Translations under genes and position numbers: made by a program | Assembly (NCBI GenBank): GCA_011109175.1 | Contig: RDEW01000029.1 | Span: forward strand, 690,402-754,401 | Reading direction: 5' to 3' | DNA length: 64,000 nucleotides | Origin: Dicyema japonicum | Lineage: Eukaryota > Animalia > Dicyemida | The notes under the pieces: model-generated | Databases searched by the model: none | Told to the model about the DNA's origin: nothing | Seen by the model: the letters and a program-made list of their open reading frames with translations, nothing else | Part shown: piece after piece, positions 49,900 through 60,013 of the stretch | Layout of the letters: each line of letters begins with the position of its first letter | How positions within the stretch are numbered: position 1 is the stretch's first letter

Positions 49900-52620
49900 C
49901 ATGCAACGGAGGTATACTCAACGGCTGGCGCGATTGTTTATTGGTAGAGGGTATAAATAGAAAAGTCCATATTCCTCGGGGTCCTCCGGACAAGGGCGCG
50001 TAAAACGTTAATTTTCTGGAGGCCCCTGGTAATCATTCTTTTGCGTGGGAGTTAAAATTGAGTAGACTGTCGTACTTGACTCCAAGGACAGTGGGGGACC
50101 TTGTCACTGGAATCCGAGTGGGACCAATAAAGATACTCGGTTCATCTTTAGAACGACGATCCAAAGTGAAAATGGTACAAATAGACTTGGTTGCAGATAT
50201 CGTAAGTCGATTGCCAACAATCCAATCGTGGAGAGTGTTCAATTTTGCCTTAAAGGATGCGACTTGCGTCGAACGGTTCCGTATTGCAATGACTCATCGT
50301 CTGCGTAGGATAATAGCAGGGAATCTTCGTCTCCATCATTAGGTAGGTCGTGTAGGAATAAGTTGAATAGAATTAGTGAAAGTGGAGACCCCTGGGGTAC
50401 CCCGTTCGGTAGTAATCGTGATCTAGATCTGTGGTACCCACAAATATTGGAAGAAAATGTTATTCCAACCAGGATTTTCCTCGAAACAGTGTCAAAGGCT
50501 ATGTTGATGTCAATAGAAACCAAGATTATGCGTTTGTGAGGCGGGGGATGGGTGTTAAAACCGTCGGCAATGAACTGCGATAGGGTAGCCAAGTATGTAG
50601 CAGTGGACCTACCGCGGAGGAAACCATGTTGAAATATAGGAGGTGGAAGATACGGAATAATGATCGATAATACAAGTTTCTCCATAATTTTTGACAGTGT
50701 GATGGTAACGGAGATAGGCCTGTAGGAGGCAAGTTCTGTCTTTGATTTCCCTGCCTTCAATATCGGTCTGATGATATAATTCTTCCAAATCTTGGGAATA
50801 ATATTATAGTTAATGGACAGGTTGTATATTTGCGTGAGGTAGCCAATTGCGTGTGGCTTAGGTGAATAGAAGATACTTTGTCATGCCCGCACGCCCGTAA
50901 GCTCTTTAATCTGGTGATAATACCTAAGACTTGGTCATCTGAGAATAGTTTGTAGTAAGGTTCCTTCTTCGGTTTTTGGGCACGCACCCAAATGTCCGGG
51001 TGTTTCGAAAAGGTTTTGAAGCTAATTCCAGCATAATGTTTCATAAGGGTGTTAGGATGTAAGTGGCATAAGTTTTCAGGAGAAGGCTGTCCGGTTCCAT
51101 CTGCATCATCCAATTCCGACTTGACTTGTTTAAGAGTTTTCCAGAAATGTCGGGATGAACTTTTTCTGTCAAGGTAATTAACTAGATGCTGCCATCTCTT
51201 GTCCTTGTGTTCTTTTATACTCTGACAGATCCTTTTATTTAGTTGTCTGAGGGCTGTCAAGGACTTCATGTCCATCAGATGGCATCTCTTCAGCCGGTCT
51301 CTTTGTTTTATAAGACTTATTGTATAAGAGCTGAGGGTAGGAATAAATTTCTTGTATGACGATATAGGAATAAAAATATGGTCAGCTTTCTGAATGGCAG
51401 CGCTGATAATTTCTGCGGCCTCATCAATAGAGCATATTGGGGAGGATAATTTCCCGGCCAAGAATTTATCCACAAGGTTACTGAAACCGAACCAGTCTAC
51501 TTTCGTATAATCCTTGAATCCTTTTGATTCCGCGGCCGTCTCCTGCATCGTCGAAGACCTCTCAATTTTAGAAGTATTAAATTGTGGTCACTGGAGAAGC
51601 CGTAGAAGACGTCCCAGGAAATGGTCCAGCCAGGGAAGGTGAGCATAGTGTNATTTATCCACAAGGTTACTGAAACCGGACCAGTCTACTTTCGTATAAT
51701 CCTTGAATCCTTTTGATTCCGCGGCCGTCTCCTGCATCGTCGAAGACCTCTCAATTTTAGAAGTATTAAATTGTGGTCACTGGAGAAGCCGTAGAAGACG
51801 TCCCAAGAAATGGTCCAGCCAGGGAAGGTGAGCATAGTGTTAAGTCGGGAGATGTGCAGCTATCAGTCATCCATAATGGAGTCCTCGTATGTGAGTTAGG
51901 GTTGTTCAGTATAATCAGGTCAGGAAGATAATTTGCAATGACTTCTCGGTTATCAGAGGATTGGGAAGTGAGCCAAACTGGATGTCATGCATAAAAATCC
52001 CCACATAACAGTAGAAATGCGTGATAAATCAGGGGTGTAAGATGTCGGACACGATCCTTGTGGAAGAATATATAAATTAGCCAAATGGATCCAAAAGGAC
52101 GGGAATAACTCGATTTTGACAGTAATCTGCTCCAAAGTCTTGTCGGTGTTAAGAAGCTCTGAGGTTCTTTGAGTTATATTTATAAAGGGAATATCGTTCT
52201 TTATAATAGTAAGTAGTCCTCCTCCGCGTCCTCCCTGACGATCTTTACGGATTACTGTATCCAGGAAAAAAAAGTATTGGTATGGAGGGAGAAAGCTTGG
52301 ACTCCTGTATTAAAGCGAGATCAGCCCCATTTTCGCGGAGGAGTGCCCGGAGTTCAAAGATTTTCCTACTGATCCCATTCGTATTCAGTTGTATAATTGT
52401 CAAATCTCTCCATGGCCCAGGATTGGTTTCGACGTCTCCACATAAAAGAATCAGAAGTCTGGACAAATTGCGACACCAGATAGGGTCGAAGACACACGAG
52501 TTGAGGGGACCACCGAACGGTGAGGAGAAGCTGTTGGCTCTTTTCGTTCCTTTTTGGAATGGGTGACACCATTTCTGGTGAGCCACATGACACCACGCTG
52601 ACAACAACATTGACAGCATA
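49900..52620 (-). mobile_element. second Ingi/Vingi-like 2A-LINE copy
   Basis: Collinear and highly similar to 16250-18217; 2A + APE + RT, frameshifted. Confidence 0.85.
52413..52472 (-). other. 2A-like StopGo peptide (SRLLILLCGDVETNPG|P), copy 2
   Basis: Same core peptide as 18038-18097, with synonymous differences. Confidence 0.85.
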
Positions 52621-52825
52621 CAGAGATGGGATCACTTAATTAGTTGTATTATCATCTTTCATGGTGGTATAAGGTTCTCCAATACCCCAAAATCCACCAA
52701 GGATATTTCTACAATTGGTTATCATCATGGAATTAATACATACTTTTCCTAGTTTTCTGTAACTGGGATAGTTTGTTTCTTTTGGTCAGTAATAGCCGCA
52801 GAGTTCTGTAGTATAAAAGGTTTAC

Positions 52826-52900
52826 ATTTCAGAAACTGTGCTCCCGAGCGGTCACCCAGCCAAATACTGACACAGTCTATTACCGGTTAACTTCTGTGGC
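52826..52900 (-). pseudogene. 5S rRNA-derived fragment (3' two-thirds)
   Basis: GAAGTTAA...GTCAGTATTTGGCTGGGTGACCGCTCGGGAGCAC matches the 5S box A/IE/box C layout; CTGTG/CACAG helix retained; TTTT shortly downstream; 5' part absent. Confidence 0.65.
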
Positions 52901-53432
52901 TATGTATTTTTAATCTTCTTTAAACATTGGACTGATATCTATATTTACAATACAATAAAGGAGGGGCATTGGGTCAAATTGAAGTTTCTGCTCGATGTGT
53001 CAGAATCACGTTAGCATAGTCTTTGGAGTTTTCAACACGCAGCAATCCAAACCACCAATTAGAAGAAAACTTTATTCCTTTATAGAGGTAACTAACATTG
53101 CGTGCTCAATTCCTGCAGGTCATAATGGAGACCTGTCATAACAAAATAATTTTATTAAATTAAACGAGATTTATGCCTTTATAACGAAATAAGCGAAATC
53201 TAATTGATTCAAGGCAAATGTTTTGGAAGAGACTGTCATTCTTGGTTCGCTTTTCCGTGAGTCAGCCGACTGTTTTGACGAACTCCATTATGTTAGTGCC
53301 AAGCATTCCAGACCTCTTCACTAAACACGGTTAGAAGAAAAACCACACCGTCAACCTGAAAAAACTAGCTCCAAATATACAGTAAGCACGAATTTATTAA
53401 TGTCACAAAAATCAAAAAAATTATAAAATAAA

Positions 53433-54905
53433 TCAACTTTCCATCCTCCTTCGTTTATTAATACTATTTCTGGGGTCATTGATAGCATATTCTTGGTTCT
53501 CCAATTGGTTCACTGGATTCGCCACTTTTACTTCCTCCTCAGGATCATAATACAGTCTATGGTGGAGCCTACAATCATCCAACACCAAAACCATGTACTG
53601 GACACATACTCCTCCTCATCGTCCGAATACTCCACCAATACTTCAGCCTTCTTAAAGTTCTCTTTGAATTTGTCTAGCATCTTCTCCACCACGAATATCC
53701 TAGACTTTCTGTCTTCCGGAAGTTTCTTCAGCTTCGAGTAAACCCCGAAACCCTCATCATAGTCTTCCAGAGTCGATACTGGCTGCACAGGTTCCACTAA
53801 ACCTCACACATGACTCTACCAGTCGGCTTGGTTTCCACGTTTTTCGTAGAGAGTTCACGGATTTCACTCCTCAATTTTTCTCCCTCCGCCCTGAGGAACT
53901 CCCTTCACCCAATAAACAAGTTTTCATACACTTTGCTGATCTTGGCCTCCGAATCCTTCGGTTTTTCGACCTCGTTTGGCTCTTCTGATATCGGAACCAC
54001 AACTTCGGGAATGTTCGACTTCACAATTTTTGGGACAAAGATCTCCCGATGTGTCTGTTCTCCATCTTCGAAAGTGTCATCCCCGAAAGACAGAAGAGAA
54101 TAGTTTCTTCCGTAGTAAAACTGAAGTACCTGACTGCTTTGATTTGCCCAACCGGCTCACGGTCATTCACCCCAGTGGTTTGGGGGACAGGTTTTTCAAC
54201 GACAATGTCAGTGAAAGGGTTGACTACTATTTCTACAGATTTTATTCCCAACCGGCTCACGGTCATTCACCCCAGTAGTTTGGGGGACAGGTTTTTCAAC
54301 GACAATGTCAGTGAAAGGGTTGACTATTATTTCTACAGATTTTATTCTGTGAAGAACATCTGGCCTATCGGTTCTAGGGTCCACAAGACCTTCCCCCAAT
54401 TTGATCATGTTAAACACGGTTTCACCCGCAACCTAAAAGTCAAACGAAAGAGGACAGTTCCAAATATAGTGTGTTTCTTCTCCAGGTGAGGAAGAGCAGC
54501 CAATGTGAAGAAAAACTGGCTTCCGTTCTGGTTGGGGGCACCAGAGTTGGCCATTGCCACTAACCCACGTCTGGTGAACCTCAGTCGACTGTGAAACTCG
54601 TCCTTAGAGTAATCGTTGGGATATACTTTGAATGGAGCTCCATAGACGGACTCACCCCCGCATCCTGTGCCAGTTGGGTCCCCTCCTTGGACTATGGATT
54701 TGGGAATTACTCTGTGGAAGATTGTTTCATTGTAATAGGACAGCATGCAGAGGTGGATAAAGTTCTTGCATGCTTTGGGGGCTTCTTTGGTCCACAGTTC
54801 AATATCAATGTCTCCAACTGTTGTTTTTAGTCTAACCTAGTAATATTAACTTTATTGGATTACTTTTCCAGATGTTGGTGGCTCTTTAATATATGTATTA
54901 CTCAT
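53433..54905 (-). pseudogene. CWC27: spliceosomal cyclophilin CWC27, about 7 micro-introns, frameshifted by a 100-bp tandem duplication
   Basis: 'MSNTYIKEPPTSGK|VRLKTTVGDIDIELW', 'K|DEFHSRLRF.RRGLVAMAN', 'NYSLLSFGD', 'DPRNSINKRRR'; introns 54837-54863, 54603-54626, 54433-54455 and others. Confidence 0.85.
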
Positions 54906-54999
54906 AATTCACTACAATGCACAGAAAAAATTAAATTTATTTGTTAAATTTTTAAATTTTTTTAAATGTTTTTTTAATTAAAAAATATCTTGGACAAAT

Positions 55000-55190
55000 A
55001 TGAGGAAAATTGAGGAAATTCAAAAGAGGGATTTCAGAGTAACGGAGCGTTGGAATTGTGGAGATCACCGAACCGGACGGACGCCTCTGGAGACCTTTAT
55101 GAGACTAGACTACAGATCAAGTGAATGTGGCCATGAAAAACAGTCAGTTCATGCGCGGGCACGGGGGAAGAACACCGGGCAAAAATGAGG
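55000..55190 (+). mobile_element. LINE 3' fragment
   Basis: 'KIEEIQKRDFRVTER' matches 13335-13385. Confidence 0.55.
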
Positions 55191-55419
55191 ATGCTGTTAA
55201 ATTGCATCGGGATCACGTGATAATTAGTTTGGTTTTCCTTTATTTCTTACACTTATTTGTGATTGTTTGAAAAGCATGCAACGTGCGATCGATTCGGTGT
55301 CGTTAAAACTCTCGAGTTGGTAAAAATGTTAAAAGGAAAAAAGGAGAAGTAGTCAATTGCGTTACCAGGTGGTAAGGATATAATTCTTGCTATTTCCGAG
55401 AGCGTTGTGCTAGCTTACC

Positions 55420-56570
55420 CAAAAGAATGGGCGAGCAGGTAGTCCTGCAGGTACGTAGCAGGCTATCCCGAATGTCCTGGAATGTTTGGCCATACCTGGC
55501 GGAGCTCTGCAGTGGCAAATTCAGTATCGCTATATCTGTGAGAGAACTCAAGAAAATGGCTGTAGGCAAAGAAGGTACTGGTCTAAAGGGGCGGGGACCA
55601 GATGACCACAACTGTCAAAAAAAGCACGAGCACCAGAGCTGTGATACGTTGCAGCTCAAGCTTGTGAGTTTTTCGCTCGAAATTTCACTGCCGCGGCAGA
55701 TGTCCCACTTGAGGACCCTAGATTTATTCGCAAGATCCCTCATTGTAAAGTTAATGGAGTAGTGTTAACCTGTATCAATAAGGCTGTGGCTTATACAGTG
55801 GAGACTAAGCCAGAAGGGTCACTGGGTGACATTTTCCTAGTGCTGTATGCAGCACAGATCACCCATGAGGAAATGACGGACAAGCCCAGAACACCCCAGT
55901 AAATGGAGGGAGCAGATCTGTGCAAAGATTGCTTGGAGACAGACTTAGCTGGAAGCACTGGAGGGACACATAAGTGGTGTGGCGCGAGGGGTTAAAAGAA
56001 AAGCACCGCCTATAATAAAGGCGCTAATTAGTAAACTCCGTGTTCCCAAATGGGACCTTAAAGAGTTGAGGAAGGCAAAGGTGGAGTTAGAGGGGACAAT
56101 ATCATATATAAGAGGAAACTATTCACATGAAAGTCGGGGTAAGAGAAGAAGAGAAATAATCTGTTTGAGTTTAATTGCAGATTGTTTTACCGTCGCCTAC
56201 ACGAAAATGGCCATAGTGTATGTTTCCAGCAGGAGGCAGAAATGCGTTCCACAAGAGGTAGTATGTGGGAGGCTAAACCACGCAAAGGAAATGTGTGAAA
56301 TGTCCCGTACAGCGCCGCTCCATTCTTGGGGGAATCTTGCTGAATTTTCGATTTCCGCAAGAAATTTGCTCAATATGCAGCAGATTATCGACCGATAACC
56401 TGCATGCCAACCCTGTATAAGCTAATGACCAAATTGGTGGCTAATGAGGTCAGGAGCTTTGTAGAAGCAAATGGGATTCTCACCGAGAATCAATTGAGTA
56501 CTGTGCGAAATTGTCAGGTGCAAAAGAGCAGGCTTTGATCAACAAGTGCCTTTCTGTGTCTCACGGAAGC
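55420..56570 (+). mobile_element. R4/Dong-like fragment
   Basis: 'DYRPITCMPTLYKLMTK...ENQL...CQ.AKEQALIN.C' parallels the 30169 ORF; left boundary uncertain. Confidence 0.65.
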
Positions 56571-56899
56571 TCAGATTCGTACTAGGGGCCATCAAGCCTT
56601 TTGCCTGTCACTCGTTACACTGCACCACCCGACTAAGTCTACTAAAATATCAGTTGTGTCATTCCATAACTTGAAGCCTACTAAAATTCGAAAGTTGAGA
56701 CCGTGACGTACTTTTATTGTACGAAAATTCCACATGAAAACCCCCATCTTTTATTTTCGCAGTCATAAACGGACTCAGGAGACGTCAGAAAACCCGTAGT
56801 CTGAACAAATATTTTTTGAATAGCTCAAAATCAATATTATTAGTATTCGAGAAATTGAAGTAGTGAACTTTATTATGACCCCCGTTCCTTGAAGTTGTT

Positions 56900-58070
56900 T
56901 CTCGATTGCAGGAACTCTTCCATTTCCTCTGATTATGGGTGGGCTTTACCGATGGACTTGTGTGGAAGGATAAGTAAGAAGATCACTAACTTGTGTGGAA
57001 AGACTTGCCTTTCCGTTACTGCAATTGTAGAAACTGGACACACAAGTCATGTGTTTAATCGCAAATAAAATTATCTGCCGATCTGAATAAGTATTTTCTA
57101 CCTTAGCAATGTGGATGATTAGCAATTTTCGAGTGTAGCTGTACACTAATGTCTTCATCTCCTCAATATGGATGTAACCACGTTCTCCTTTTTGGACTAG
57201 GAAGACATCAGATATATGAACTGCTGTACATAAGGAAGGATCGGATGCAACAATGTCATGGTTCGAGGATCTTAGATATCTCCTTCGACAGAGTTGTTGT
57301 CTAAACAATAATTCCCTTGTTCGTAGGCAGATTCATCCAAGGTTCTCCATTTTAGAAGCAGACAAGTGTCCAACACTTCCTCGTTCAAAATATTTGAAGA
57401 TAATGAGAAATCAAAATTGATGAGTCAAATCCACTTTAAAGGAAGCAATCAGCCAATGAATTACCTGGAATGCATCAAATACCATAACTCGTAATTAACA
57501 TCGAATAGTCATGGTGTTTCTTAAGTATCGATTTAATAAAAATCGACAATCAGCCACACCTCGTGATTTGCCAAAGTGATAAACAGAAACCTTGTTGGGA
57601 GATACAAATACGTGTACTACCAATGTAAACTTATGTGCAGTAAACCCATGTCCTTTAAAATATAATTCCCACAGTGATGTAGCTCTTTGAAACTTTACTC
57701 CCATCAGTGAGTGCCCATAAATATAAGCCTTCAAATATTCAAACTTCATTAGACAAGGACCTCTGTCATTAGGCAGTGCAAGAAGACCAACTGACATTTA
57801 TTCCAAATTGTGACTTTCACTCGTGAAACTCGATAATATTCTGGAGACCTAGTTGATTATTATTTCAATAACTATCAGTTTGTTCGTAAATATTCATTTA
57901 TTAACATCCCTAAGCCACGGTAAAACCATTATCACATGATCCTGATTCCTTCCATTAGAGATCTCATCTTTGCCCGGTGATTCTCCTGGGTGCCCGCGCG
58001 TGATCTTTCAGGGACACTGATTGAATTTACGGAGCCGCATTCCAGTCTCATACAAATCTCCAGAAGACAT
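56900..58070 (-). pseudogene. unidentified intron-containing host gene, probably disabled
   Basis: ATG at 58070 next to an AT-rich spacer; several 24-27 nt GT..AG segments; no continuous frame recovered. Confidence 0.35.
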
Positions 58071-58131
58071 AAATAAATTGACAAAAATATTTATTAAATT
58101 CAAATATTAAATAAATATTTAGAATACTATT
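58071..58131. promoter_or_regulatory. candidate 61-bp bidirectional promoter
   Basis: Almost pure AT spacer between two divergent ATGs. Confidence 0.35.
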
Positions 58132-58937
58132 ATGTGGTTTATGGAGGAATACACATTTTTCCGTAATAATATGTATTATATTAGGCCTATTTATGTTCTC
58201 GTTTATCCTAATATGCATCTTTCACCAATTTTATTTGATCATTCCCACCATAAATTATGGAATATACCTACAGTTAACCCTTATGTTTATATTGGCACAA
58301 TTCTCCATAAATATGCTCATTGTTTTAAATTCGGACTATTCTCATGGTAATTATGGTACTTTAGTCTACAGGTAAGATCACAGTCCCCACGTGGGTCTCG
58401 CTTAAACATTGCTACATCTGCAAAAAGCAGGTCCTAAAGGAGTCCTCGCATTGCTTTGAATGCAAGCGATGTGTTATCAATCGCGCCTACCACAGTGCTA
58501 TTTTATCTACGTGCAACGGTTTTTAAAACTACAGAAAATTTTTTATATTTTTCCTTTATTCTTTCATTTTATTTACCTTTATGTTAGCAACGTGTCTGCA
58601 TTATATGTTCACTTACGGAATGACCAGCCATGGATTTATTGCTGTGATCTCTTTGATCTTTCCGTCAATTTCATGGTTGGTTGGTTTTGAAAAGTCTTTA
58701 TTTGATCTTCTTTTGAAAAACTTTACTTTGATGCTTTTCTGGATTTCAATGTGGGCATTTGTTCTTGAAACTGTTCAAATTACTACTGGCTGGAACCCTT
58801 TGAACAAGAGAAGAGTTAAGGTGAACACACGTGAGCGTGGGATATTTGGTTTTATTTGGGAGTTTATCTTTCCATTCTACGATGGTGTTAAGAATCATCC
58901 AGATTATATATTTCAGTCTTCTACCACTGACATTTGA
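58132..58937 (+). pseudogene. DHHC-type palmitoyltransferase, disabled
   Basis: Cys-rich domain 'HCYICK.....SSHCFECKRCV..RAYHS..LSTCNGF*NYRKF' plus TM segments; introns 58163-58184 and 58347-58371; DHHC reads AYHS; TAA at 58524-58526; frameshift. Confidence 0.75.
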
Positions 58938-59408
58938 TTTTTTCACCTCTTTATTTAATAGTACTCGTTGTTTTTTTGATAAGATATGGATCTTCGTAAG
59001 GGGGTCGAATGTTTTTTTAAATTATTAACTTAGCTGTAGTCGGGACCATTAGTAAAAGTCCTGCAAAGAAATGCTGCGCGTCCGCGTCAGATCCAGGGAG
59101 CCCAGGATTAGTAAGAAGATTTCGAACTGTTGGAAAAGAACTGTATCTAGAATAAAAATGGAGACTAGACAAGGATTTGATTCAATTTCCGGATATTTAA
59201 TTAAAATACAGTAAACCCTCATTAATCCGAACAAAAAAAATTGGATTCCTTTTGGATTGTAGAGGAATAAATATAATAATTTCATTGTAATTAATATTTA
59301 TGTTTTCATATATCAGAAGATAATGTAATATAAAATTAAATTTTTTTTAAATTTAATAATATTTATTTTAAATTTAAATGCAATTTTTTTTTAACAATTA
59401 AACAAATG

Positions 59409-59927
59409 TCAGTTGAGGAAGCCTGCTGCGTGGATTGCGAACGAGTTCCCTCGGAGTATGGCTATTCCTATCTTTTGTCTTAGCCATAACCCTTCTCGTT
59501 GATCTCTTTTCTTCCTGGCAAGCAATCCTCCGAGTTCTTGCAAGAATTCAACCGTCATTGGACCAATGGCTCCCGATGATTCGGTCGCAACAGGAGTAAA
59601 TCGGTAGCGATCCCCGAGGCAAGAATATTTCTTGATTTTTAGGTTTTCCGCAGTCGAATCAGCTAGGGTCATCCCGTCAGGTCTCTTCCTATCTCCTCGA
59701 TCAAGACCCACTAATTCAAGCTGTGCTTGGAAGCCTGAAGCCTTCAGAGCTCTGACGATCACATCATTCAGAGCAGCATGACGTGGTCCCCTTCCGGCGC
59801 TTCTTCTGCAGGACAGCGGGTGCAATCCTTTCGCATCGACTGTTTTCCCGCATCGGCATCGGTGCTCCTGGCAAACGTCTAGTCCCAGCCTTTGTCCGAT
59901 TCCAATCCTCAAAGAATCGTCGTCCAA
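59409..59927 (-). mobile_element. CRE-clade 3' fragment (second subfamily)
   Basis: 'RLG..C..HRC.CG..VD..GLHPLSC..RH..LN..KRPDG..K..KY..IAILRGN'. Confidence 0.85.
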
Positions 59928-60013
59928 AAATTAAAAAAAAACTTTTTTTTTATTTAGTGATGTCATAAATAGCTGTCTCTCTATTTTCCTTTGAATTATC
60001 ATTTCTTAATTAT

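Noticed and set aside
51464-51841. About 190-bp direct repeat around the n at 51652
   Set aside because: Scaffold-join overlap inside a LINE.
56580-56800. Possible DNA-transposon left end (GGGGCCATC...)
   Set aside because: No partner TIR or transposase found in the window.
26540-58526. UAA reassignment, suggested by in-frame TAA in UTP20, MCAT and DHHC and by four of five genes ending in TGA
   Set aside because: The same genes also have frameshifts and substitutions at conserved residues. Gln is encoded by CAA/CAG throughout LSm3 and CWC27, and the aminotransferase ends at TAA where homologues end. Pseudogenisation explains the stops.
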